From assembly GCF_018350175.1 (NCBI RefSeq), contig NC_058374.1, forward strand, positions 111,042,001-111,106,000: a DNA stretch of 64,000 nucleotides, read 5' to 3'. A program made the translations under genes and the position numbers. Source of the stretch: Felis catus. Lineage: Eukaryota. Positions 38,751 through 49,306 of this stretch are shown here, piece by piece (position 1 is the stretch's first letter; the number at the start of each line of letters is the position of its first letter). Under the pieces are notes generated by a model that saw nothing but the letters and a program-made list of their open reading frames with translations, ran no database searches and was not told where the DNA came from.

Positions 38751-39021
38751 ACCCAGAGCACAGTCAAACAGCACCTAGGTACGTTTCCTTATCTCTCTTG
38801 GCACTGATGCTAATCAGTCTGCATTGCTCCCATCTGGAGCTTGGGGCCTGGTTCAGCTTCACTGAGCACAGAGATTTCTTGAGTTCCCAAATTCTTTTTA
38901 GAATGTCTACCATGTTCCTGCCTGAGAGAGATTACTCAGTAAACTATCTTGGTTAATGTGTTCCAGGTAGACTTAGATAAATCAATTGGCCCATTAAAAT
39001 CCTTTGCCCTATATTCTCTCC

Positions 39022-39068
39022 TTTTTTAATGTTTATTTATTTTTGAGAGAGAGAGAGAGAGAGAGAGG

Positions 39069-39101
<33 letters not shown>

Positions 39102-39250
39102 GCAGAGAGAGAGGGAGACAGAATCCAAAGCAGGCTCCTGGCTCTGAGCTGTCAGCACAGAGGCCCACACAAGGCTTGAACCCACAAACAATAGGATCAT
39201 GACCTGAGCCCAAGTCGGATGCTTAACCGACTGAGCCGCACAGGCGCCCC
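39022..39250 (-). mobile_element. Can-SINE with expanded (GA)n
   Basis: Antisense SINE ending caggcgcccc; long GA tract at about 39045-39118. Confidence 0.95.
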
Positions 39251-39924
39251 TTGAATTTTAAGTTATTCTCTTGACCTGTTATCCTGGTCTTAAGTCTCAT
39301 GTTGGTACAAACTGAATCCTCTACTCTTTGAATTTCTCTATTAATAATGGTTAAAAGAAATGCCAAAACAAACCCGGCATACCGAAACATGCTCATCGCA
39401 AATAATGAGATGACCTTGCAGTGGATCAGGTCTGCCTGCCTTTGAATAAAATAATGAACAATCAGTGTTTAATGATTTCATTTATACACACACACAACAC
39501 ACACACTGCATATAGCCCTTGTCCAGGACCTATTATCCTTCATCCTAACCTGGAGGGGAAAAAATGTAAAAGATAATAAGAACTTTTCTAACACAATTAT
39601 GATAAATCATTAAAAGCAATGTAATTCTTGCTTGGAAAAAAACAAGATTTAAATACAAATTTTTGAGAGGGTCATTCATTAAAATGTGTAAAATCACTCT
39701 TACTGGGAAAAAGCATTTTAAACAGCTCAGGTTTCCTTTTTTCTCCATCCAAATGTAGATATTCTCTTGAAGATTAAAACACTTTTTGAAATTGTATAGT
39801 TGGGAACTAAAGAGCAGTATTGAAATCACACATTGAGCTATGCTTGCAAATAGCTGTAAGGGTTATTTCCTCACATCAGTGCCCTCCAGCAAGATCAGAG
39901 ACAAGGTTATATATTCCCAAATGG

Positions 39925-40003
39925 AACCAGTTAGCTGTGGTATCCAGCGTGTGGTACTAATGAAGCTGAGGTCAGGGTTCAGTTCCAAAACAAGCTGGTT
40001 AGC
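39925..40003 (+). mobile_element. tRNA-Ile(AAT)-derived relic, MamSINE1-like head
   Basis: ccagttagct...gcgtgtggtactaatgaagctgaggtcagggttcag aligns to tRNA-Ile(AAU) GGCCGGTTAGCT...GCGTGGTGCTAATAACGCCAAGGTCGCGGGTTCG; followed by ggttagc as in MamSINE1. Confidence 0.7.
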
Positions 40004-40012
40004 GTGACAAGA

Positions 40013-40207
40013 GCGATGGCCTCCCCAACCTGGCTGTGCAAAGCATTAGTCACCTAGGGATTTTTTTTTTTAATTTTTGTTTGTATTATAAGTTTCTGGG
40101 CCTTATTCCAGACCAACCAAATCACAATTTCTGGGAGCGGGGCAAGGAACCTATACTTTTAAAGAAATATCCATGTAATCCTTATACAGTCAGGATTTTG
40201 AAATTGA
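40013..40207. mobile_element. MER5A-like hAT-Charlie element
   Basis: aacctggctgtgc...tcacctaggga...ccagaccaaccaaatcacaatttctggg. Confidence 0.7.
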
Positions 40208-40400
40208 TAAGCCCAGAAGAGCCAGCCTGAGCAAGAAATAACCCAGTATGACTACTTGGTGTTCTTTGAAACACAAAGCTGCAAATTCTAAAACTCGATA
40301 TCAATTGGGAACCCTCAGAATTTCCAGAAAGGGTTTCCTTCTGCTCCCATGGGTTGGATTTCTCTGGCGAAGCCATGAAGACATGAAAACTTCAAGTCTT

Positions 40401-40602
40401 TTTGTTTTTTACATTTATTTATTTTTGATAGAGAGAGATAGAGCACAAGTGGGGAAGGGGCAGAGAGAGAAGGAGACACAGAATCCAAAGCAGGCTCCAG
40501 GCTCCCAGCTGTCAGCACAGAGGCTGACGTGGGGCTCGAACTCATGAACTGCAAGATCATGACTTGAGCCTACATCAACCAACTGAGCCACCCAGGTGCC
40601 CC
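40401..40602 (-). mobile_element. Can-SINE with small internal deletion
   Basis: TSD tgaaaa(c/t)ttcaagtctt at 40384-40400 and 40603-40619. Confidence 0.96.
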
Positions 40603-41744
40603 TGAAAATTTCAAGTCTTAATGACAAAGAGCAGTCCTGGCATCTTAAAAAATAGCTCTTCTACATGCTTCTTTTCATGTACATTTCACTGAGCTTTTAA
40701 ATGCTGACTGACAAAACTCCCCTTTCCTCATACAACCTAAGACACACGAAAGAGACCTCTCTCCCACCCCACCACCCCTCCCCATTCTGGGAAACAGACA
40801 CCGACTGCAAATTCAATTCTCTAAGATACTCTGCTCCGAGAGCACTGATCATTTCCCCTGAACTTTCCCAGATATGCTTCTGAAGGAATGAGAAAGAAAG
40901 ATATCTCTTCTGGAGAATGCGGAAGGTTTTTCATGGCTGGGGTACTTCCAAAACACAAAAATCAGTTCCTGGCTAAGACCAGAACAAACCGCAGTGTTGT
41001 TGAAGGTTTGTGAAACCAAACGGAATGATAGATCTATGTCTCTGTAGAGAAGTTGTGTTAGAACAGAGAGGAGAGGCTCAGTATGTACACAGTAGGGCAA
41101 CAGCAGGTGGGCAAAATGAAAAGCCAGAAAATCTGGTAAATGGAGTAGAAAACAAAACACCAGCAAAATAAAAGAATTTGTCACTTTCTGGCCAGCTGTG
41201 CTAAGGAAAAGTATATATATTAGAACTGTATTTGTTACATATTTTAAGTCAAATGGATAACAAAAAGCTTTCAGACTTATACATAAATGAATTGAGATGA
41301 AGAAATGCAATTTATCTTAAGGCATAAAATAAAATTCAACTCTTTTTTTTATGGTTTTAAGGCAACTTTTTTTTTCAGTTTAGATTTGGAAAAGCTCGGT
41401 TTTAAAAGGTTCCTCCCACCTCTGAAGCTGGTATTAACCTCCTTTCTGTGAGAAATTGGATGTGTAAACTCCTCACCAGCAAAACCTTCAGACCTAACCC
41501 AACTGGCTCAGCAAATACTTTCTTAGATGCAAATAACACTACCCATTTCCACTGTCATCTAGCATGCTAAATCCAAAGCCAATGAGATCTGCCTTTGCAA
41601 ATTTGGCAACTGCAATCGACATTTATCCACCATCCCGTCTGTTACATATTTCGATACTTTAATTGGGGGACTGGGGGAGAGCTGGCACACAGCATTACAC
41701 ACTTCGAAAGTCACCAGGCACCTAGCTCAAGAATCAATACTTAT

Positions 41745-41971
41745 TTTTTTAATTAAAAAAAATGTTTAAGTGTATTTATTTACTTTGGGCACAAGAGAGA
41801 GAGTGCTGGGCAAGTGGGGGAGGAGCAGAGAGAATCCCAAGCGGGCTTCACCCAGCACAGAGCCTGACACTGGGCTTGAATCCGTGAGATCTCATGAACT
41901 ATGAGAACCATGAGATCACAACGCCAGCTGAAATCAAGACTCGTCATCTGACTGAGCCTCTCAGGCACCCC
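41745..41971 (-). mobile_element. Can-SINE (older subfamily)
   Basis: Antisense SINE ending caggcacccc; degenerate TSD aag(aa/gg)tcaata. Confidence 0.92.
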
Positions 41972-42478
41972 AAGGGTCAATATTTTTAATTCAATGTCCT
42001 TCTCTAAAGAATCTTAACATTAAAGGAGCCCCCACTCTGTTATTAGAGCAAATTGGTGCATAAAATCATCTCTTTCCTGAATTCAGCAGGGTCCTTGACA
42101 TGTCAGGCTACAAAAAGAGAAGCTTGGTTACTGTCATTTCGAGACAGCCAAATGGTTCACAAAAAAGGAGGAAGCTGTGGGTAGATGAAAGTCCTGCCTA
42201 TAAGGTGGATGTTACTGCAGTGCCTTGTGGTTATATGATGTGTGCCCGAAGGATAAAGAATTTGGGTGTGAAGCGGTGGGGCAAGAGTTGCAAATTAAAT
42301 AAGCCATGCTTTGGAGGTTGTTTCCTTTAGTGTGCTGCGGGAACATGCCCATGGCTCCAGGGAACTGTGTGACTAAGTCCAAACAAAGCACTCATGCCTC
42401 ATGTTAAATGTAGCAGAGGAGAGGTTATTAAATATTTCATGGCAATTAATTACCTGAGATAGGCCTTTTTTTTCACAG

Positions 42479-42490
42479 CTTTGGTTTCAG
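42479..42490 (+). other. Candidate 12-nt microexon CTTTGGTTTCAG
   Basis: ttttttttcacag | CTTTGGTTTCAG | gtatgt; TTAAT branch-like motif at 42446-42450; host gene unknown. Confidence 0.3.
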
Positions 42491-43049
42491 GTATGTGGGA
42501 AAGTTGAAAATATTTAATTGCACCTAATTTGTTGCCGTAGTTTAGTCATCCACCTAAGCATTGTACTGAAGTCTGTAATCTGTGTGGAGAATTTGTAAGG
42601 GGGCTTCATTTTAACACCTCCAAAGGATGGGATTTTTTCTTTTTTTTTTTTACTTTTGTGCAATAATCATACTTGATCTTTGATCTGTCTTTGAAATTAA
42701 GACAATTATGAAAACCTGCCAAACATGTAATGGGTTAAGTACAATTTGGAACGAAAATCCTTCCTACTGCTTCTGCAGTCTTCTCTTAATTAGATCCAGC
42801 CATTTTCCTCATGTCCACCAACTTGGTCCAGCTCCTGAGAGAAATTCTTTCCCAGAAAGAAGCTAAAAGAGAGATAAAGGGGAGACATCCCTTCGCATCT
42901 GGCCTTTTTGGATATATTCTGCTGGCCACTCTTTTATCATCAATCACCAGAGATCTGATTACTCCTCCAAATATTGTTGGCTTACTGTTTGCTAGACCTC
43001 TTAGTTAACCAGTGCTTTCAAGCAATTTCACCTGCTGGCTTCAAGACAG

Positions 43050-43250
43050 TCTTCTCTTCAGACGCTCTCTACCTTTCTTCATAGCACTTGGCAATATCTA
43101 AAATCATATTATTTATTTATTTGATGACAACTATTTTTCATTTATCTTCTTTCATTAGAAACCCCATGAGAGAACAGAATAGAGCCTGTTCACTGTTAAA
43201 TGTCCATGGCTATTCCAGGATCTAACACAGAGTTTGTGCTCAATAAGTAT
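43050..43250 (+). mobile_element. L2 3' end
   Basis: ttcatagcacttggcaatatctaa...gtgctcaataagtatt. Confidence 0.75.
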
Positions 43251-43293
43251 TGGATGGATGGATGGATGGATGGATGGATGGATGGATGGATGG
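43251..43293 (+). repeat. (TGGA)10 microsatellite at the L2 tail
   Basis: Direct reading; sits where the L2 (TGAA)n tail would be. Confidence 0.97.
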
Positions 43294-43430
43294 GAAGCTG
43301 ACTTTTTCTAGGTTCTATTCTGGACTGGTTCATATCCCTGATCAACCCTGATAGTATATACCCTTCATAGAATTCAGACTATATGGTATTTTTTAGGCAC
43401 TTGCCTAAGTCTTTGTATATATAGTGCACA

Positions 43431-43433
<3 letters not shown>

Positions 43434-43482
<49 letters not shown>

Positions 43483-43490
43483 GAGAGAGG
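43434..43490 (+). repeat. (GA)n microsatellite
   Basis: Direct reading. Confidence 0.97.
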
Positions 43491-43849
43491 CTTAAAGAAT
43501 TTAAAATCTGCTAAGAAAGCCCAAGATGAAAGTAATATGAGAATAACATCTGAATGACAGTTGACCAGAAAAAGGCATCAATATGACAGCAGATGAGACT
43601 GGCTCAAGACCATGAGTCTTGGGAGAGGAGACTAAGCATCAGAGCTGACCCTCACGCCTTTGCCTTAGAGGCAACAAATAGAAAATAAGTCATTGATTTC
43701 CCAATCAAACTGAATCAATATCTTTCATTCAGTGGTACATCCAGGCCAAGCATAAATAAGAGCAACAGTAAGCATTTTAAGCCAAAAGTTTTAGCTAGAT
43801 AGAAGCAAATATAGAAAGATGATGAAGGGCTCTTTCAGCCAGCATAAGA

Positions 43850-44000
43850 TTTCACTTAATCTCCATAAGAAAACTATCAACAAAACGAGGCCCAATTTTA
43901 TAGGGAACTAAAGCTCAGATGGGCTTATTAACCTGTTCCAGGTCACACAGTAATAAAAATGAGATTCAAACTCAGATAAGTGCTCTTTTTTACTATACCA
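43850..44000 (-). mobile_element. MIR fragment
   Basis: ggaactaaagctcagatggg...ccaggtcacacagtaat...gagattcaaactcag. Confidence 0.65.
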
Positions 44001-45019
44001 GGAAAGGAAAATGAGTATCATTTTTCCTTTCATTCTGGCTGATTGGTAGCAACAACTTTAAGGCCAGTGTTGAGAAGCACTCTGAGATTACAGCAGGATC
44101 TGTGGCAAGAGCTGGTGAGGTCGGCCATGTCTGTTATGAGAATGGCAGCAAGGACTGGCAGCACCTATGCACTTAGCCATTATTGCCCATGTTGCTTCAT
44201 CGTAAGACCTTCCAGACAGGGTTTCTAAGGTGTTTGGTAATTTAGGGGAGAAATTTACTATAGGAAGAATAACAAATAGGCTTGGTATAGGCAGTAAGCC
44301 TGATGAGGTATTTCTTTCATTTAAATAGACAAATTCATGCTTTATGGGGCAAGTAGTGAGAAACTCTGGCTGGGTATAAAATGAAGTACTTATTTTAAGT
44401 TTCCTTCATTTTTATGAATTATAATGGAGTACATACAAGTACAACAACTAAAACGTTACAAAGATCTATAAAGAGTTTAAATAATCTCCCTCCACTCCAC
44501 CAATCTCTCCCATTCCTACTTTGACAAACTGGTGCATTTCCTTCCCCACACACACAACCAGCATGTAAGTCAGACAAAAAATATCTGTAGCCTTTATTCT
44601 TAATACTTTGTAACCTCAGGGCTGTTCCAAGCTCTTCTGATTTTAATGTGTTATGCATACTGAGCCAAATTTGTCATCTCACATTCTTAATCAGAAGCTG
44701 TCTGTTGCACTACCCTGTCTAATGAATTACACTCCTAGCCTGATTTTCAACACTGTCAGTACTTTGGCCTCTGCCTACTTTGCCAACCTTATCCGTCACA
44801 TAGCCTATAAGGTTAATCCCTTTAGGTATCTAACAGATGTTGTATACATGATATGCCTAATAAATAGTCATACAATAGCTAAATGAATGTCTCTTTAAAG
44901 AATAACATGTTGATGGGTTTGAGTATGGGAGGTAAAGAGAAGATTGACATGTTATAAAAGATTTAAATTGGGCAAAGCCTGAAATAAAGATAAAAGACCC
45001 TGGACATTATTCTACAGGT

Positions 45020-45170
45020 AGGGTGTATAGTAGAAAGCATACACTATTAAAAGTCAGGAAGCCTGGGTTTAAATCCAGCTCTTCCATTTTTAAATTGTGT
45101 GATTCTAGATAAATAGCTTACCATTAATCCATTTAAATTTCTTCATTTATAAAGTGTGGTAATCAGAGGT
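45020..45170 (+). mobile_element. MIR fragment
   Basis: agtcaggaagcctgggtttaaatccagctct...tttcttcatttataaagtg. Confidence 0.75.
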
Positions 45171-45266
45171 TTTAGTTTTCGTTTTAATTAGGCAAAGAGG
45201 AATTTGAGAGAGGGAAGTGCTTTCTGAGTAGAGTCTTAGAAAAATAAATTCGATAGAAGCTGATTT

Positions 45267-45267
<1 letters not shown>

Positions 45268-45325
<58 letters not shown>

Positions 45326-45354
45326 GAAAGAGAAAGAAAAAAAAGAAAAAGAAA
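45268..45354 (+). repeat. (GAAA)~14 tetranucleotide STR with degenerate tail
   Basis: Direct reading. Confidence 0.97.
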
Positions 45355-45359
45355 TTTGA

Positions 45360-45605
45360 TGGTGAGAGGGGATGGGAAGGAAAAAGAGTCTCAAGAGAGA
45401 AAAATCATTTTGGAGATCCTTGCATTGGTCAAACTATGAAGTGATGGAGTTGGAGACATCAGAAATGACATTAAGGATAAAATAGAAGGATGAGGATGTA
45501 AGCAACTCTATGAATAAGGTATTGACAGACTTTGGATCTAATTGGAGAGAGAGGAAAGACTCAGAGAGCATTACGGTTTTGAGTTTAGGAGATGGGAAAT
45601 AGCTT
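45360..45605 (-). mobile_element. L2 fragment
   Basis: ggagatccttgcattggtcaaactatgaagtgatgg...ttttgagtttaggagatggg. Confidence 0.55.
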
Positions 45606-46818
45606 GAAGACAATGATTAATAGGTAATGTTGGGACTTTGATTAATAACCACATAGAGTGAAATGGAAGAAGCAGTAAATGCAAAGTGAGCAGGAAACTT
45701 TTAACCTTCTCCAATCCTTTCTATTCACCACCAGAGAAGGTCCCCAAGCAAAGTGACTGAAAGGTCAGAGACTTCATCATGGCTTCCCTTCCCACCTAAT
45801 TGGTTTAGAAGACTTCTATTAAATAAATATTCTCTAGATCTTAGACTAGAGATCTAAGGGCCACAGTATTCTTGTAAATACATCACTCCTGTAAGGATGT
45901 CACCTCTGTAAACATGTGTGTCAAATATATTTGAGATTTCTCTGAACAAATATACATCAAGACAAAGGGTTATAATTGCAGCATTAATCTCTTTTTCCTG
46001 ATAGCTTCCCTTCCCAGCATTGTTACTGACCTGCCCTCATGACCACCACCTGCCTTCCAATCAATTGCATTTGAATATTAAAGGTTTTGAATAAAAAATG
46101 GGATGCAAATGATGGGAAAAGACTTAGAATTTAATGTTATTTTGTAGCTTCTAAAATTTTTTGAAAGGCCCTTTAGAACTACACTGCTTAATATAATAAT
46201 CTCTAGTCATATGTGTTTATTGAGCAGTTGATAAAATATGCTATTAAAACTAATTTTACCTATTACTTTTTACTTTTTAAATATGGGTATGAGAAAGTGT
46301 AAAACTACATATGGTAGTTTACATTTGTGGCTCACATTTCATATCTATTGGATGGTGCTAGTCTAGGAGTCAGCTTTATTCAGAGTTGAGGGCTAACTAT
46401 CATTGTATGGGAACTTCCATGTGCCAAAATTCTCTAAAGCTCTGTCTGACAAATGATCCCTGCTTTCTATTTTCTTACATATTTAAATCCCACATGCTAG
46501 AGTCTAAGACTACAACAAGAAAATGGGTATTTATATCATATATATTGATGTCATACAGAAAGAAAGAATCACCACCACCCAGGAGAAAGATAAGGAGTTC
46601 TATTGTGATGTGAGTTTGAGGTGGGACATTCAAAGAGAATATATATATATAAAAGAATTGGAGAGGAGGAATTGAAATTCTGGAATGAAGGTAGGACCTG
46701 AGATGTTAAATTAGCTGAAAGGAAGCAAAAATGGTGAAGGACTCATCAAGGCCCGTGTGTAACTATCAACCTCTCCTAATACTCAATGTTCAGTCATATA
46801 TATAAATTCATTTTTCAA

Positions 46819-47583
46819 AAATTTTAATCCTAGTATAGCTAACATACAGTGTTATATTAGTTTCACGTGTACAATATAGTGACTCAATAATTCCATACGC
46901 CACTCAGTGCTCATCATGACAAGTGTACTCCTTAATCCCCATCACCTATTTAACCTGTTCCCTAACCTCCCTCCCCTCTAGTAACCATCAGTTTGTTCCC
47001 AAAATTAAGTGTGTTCTCTATTTGTCTCTTTCTTTATCTTTTTTCCCCTTTGCTCATTTGTTTTGTTTCTTAAATTCCACATATGAGTGAAATCATATGG
47101 TATTTGTCTTTCTCTGACTTATTTTGCTTAGAATTATATTTTCTCTAGCTCAATCCATGTTATTGCAAATGGCAAGATTTCATTCTTTTTTTATGGCTGA
47201 ATAACATTCCATTATACATAATCCACTTATCCATTCATCTATCAATGGACTGTTGAGCTGCTTCCATAACTTGGCTGCTGTAAATAATGCTGCAATAAAC
47301 AGGGGTGCATGTATCCCTTTGGGTTAATATTTTTGTATTTGGGGGTTAAATACCCAGTAGTATGATTACTGGATCATACATAAGTTCTGTTTTTAACTTT
47401 CTGAAGAACCTCCAGAGGCTGCCCCAGCTTGCGTTCCCACCAACAGTGCAAGAGGGTCCCTTTTTCTCCACATCCTTGCTGACACCTGTTGTTTCTTGTG
47501 TTTTTGGCTTTAGCCATTATGACAGGCGTGAGATGATATCTTATTGTAGTTTAGATTTGCATTTCCCTGATGATGAATGATGC
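46819..47583 (-). mobile_element. 5'-truncated carnivore L1 (L1_Carn-like)
   Basis: ttccacatatgagtgaaatcatatggtatttgtctttctctgac 3'UTR plus ORF2 end; TSD ataaattc(a/g)tttt(t)caa at 46802-46818 and 47584-47599. Confidence 0.96.
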
Positions 47584-47644
47584 ATAAATTCGTTTTCAAT
47601 TGTTAACACTCAGTTTCTCAGGGATAAAGTAGGAATAATAATCT

Positions 47645-48110
47645 CTGTCTTTCAGTAACAATTACTGAGCCCCTATCAGGTGTCAGGCACTGTCCTCATG
47701 CTGAAAACACTATGATGAATGAACATGGCTCATCCCTGACCTCCAGATGCTTTTGCTCTAGTCAGGGAAGCAATAGAGAAATGGGTAGTAGCAAGCTAGT
47801 CCAAGTTGTCACAGTCTGGGGAGAAACTTAGAAGCAGCAAATTCAGTCTTGAGGGGTCAAACTTCTTCACCCTGATAATTTATATTTAGATTCTTCCTTC
47901 TTCTGAGGAGCCTTCACAGTCACCTTTCCACATTCCAAGTATTCACATTTTACCCCCTAGTACACAGCTTTACTAGCATCTACAATTTATAGAGTTATTA
48001 TCTTTTCTTTTTTTCTCTCTCTCTATAAGACTATGAAATCCTTGAAGGAAGGATCTGTGTTTTCTATCTCTAGATCCTTAGAACATTTTAGTGCCAAATA
48101 AATATTTTCT
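47645..48110. mobile_element. Two L2 3' ends, (-) about 47645-47800 and (+) about 47910-48110
   Basis: ttactgagcccctatcaggtgtcaggcactgt; agactatgaaatccttgaaggaagg. Confidence 0.7.
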
Positions 48111-48164
48111 CTTTCTCCTTTCTTTTTTCTTTATTAGAAGTAAGAGTTAAAGCCCCCAAAGCAG

Positions 48165-48370
48165 GAAGTCCTGAAGGAGAGGATAAATAATGCAAAATGT
48201 AGAGGGTTTAGGAGTGTTCTTTGGGAAATTTTTCGTTTTAGGAGAAGAGAGTTCCATGTCATGGAATTTCCCAAAAAGAGGGTGGTGGACAACACTATCA
48301 AATGCTGCAGAGATATCACTAGGAATGAGATTGCAAAATGACTGTTGGATTTGGTAGCTGTATTTCATTT
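48165..48370 (-). mobile_element. L2 reverse-transcriptase fossil
   Basis: ORF 48147-48368(-) contains LIPSDISAAFDSVVHH, matching the L2/CR1 RT motif LILLDLSAAFDTVDH. Confidence 0.85.
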
Positions 48371-48764
48371 ATAGAATAATTAAATGACATCTTCAGTTTA
48401 GCAATGATAACTGTTTTTCTACCCATGAGCATTACAAAGACCTGAGGAATATATGAGATCCTTTGGCCAAATGAGAACAAAACTGTTTTGAAGTCTGGTA
48501 GATGCCTATGGTGAACACACAGTGAGCTCTTAGCATCAAGGAAAGTCAGGCAATTCTGTGGTTAGCATGAGCTGTGATGTGACTGAGCACTCTTAAGAAA
48601 ATAGCTTCCATCTCTTCCTTTAGTTATTTCTAAAAGATGACTGATGCAAAGATTCAAGAGTATGGGAACCTCAATGAATCATACATCCTCTCTTCCTCCT
48701 CAGACTTCATTCTGACCCAAAGATCTTCACCCATCAAACAAAATGCTCTGTTGAGGAAAGATGC

Positions 48765-48990
48765 CTGAGCTCACAGAGGCCTGATGCGGAGTCCTGGCTT
48801 TGCTACTATTTAACCAAGAGCAAGTCATTTCTGAGGGTCTGTGTTTCTACATCTGCAAAATAGGTCTTCCTGATAAATTATAAACTCCTTGAGATTAAGC
48901 ACCAACTTTCATTTATTTTTTTATCCTCAAACCTTACATAGTTTTTTACATAAACTAGGCACTAAGAACTTAAAAATGACTTTAGATCCC
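48765..48990 (+). mobile_element. MIR fragment plus L2 3' end fragment
   Basis: gtcctggctttgctact...gtttctacatctgcaaaat; tataaactccttgagattaag. Confidence 0.6.
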
Positions 48991-49083
48991 TAGTTTTAAT
49001 GTTCAGTATCTGAAGTTCAGATATTTACTTAAAATTTTTAAATATTTTTTGACTAAGTAATAGCCAGATATATTTGTTCAATG

Positions 49084-49306
49084 CTATAGTCTCAACAAAC
49101 TAGGGCCCAAGGGCCAAATCCAGCATTCTCCTATTTTTGTAAAGTTACTCTAGAACATAGTCACATCCATCGTTTACATGTGTCCTATAACTGCTTTCAG
49201 GCTACAAAAGCAGTGTTGAGTAGTTGTAATAGCGACTGCCCAGCCTGAAAAACCTTAAATATTTACTTACTATCTGACCTTTATGGAAAAAATTTGGCAA
49301 CCCCTG
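49084..49306 (+). mobile_element. MER58A hAT-Charlie MITE, full length
   Basis: caaactagggcccaagggccaaatccagc...gttgagtagttgtaatag...aatttggcaacccctg follows MER58A end to end. Confidence 0.92.

Noticed and set aside
42346-42355. p53-type half site GAACATGCCC (approximate position)
   Set aside because: No adjacent second half site; single decamers are common
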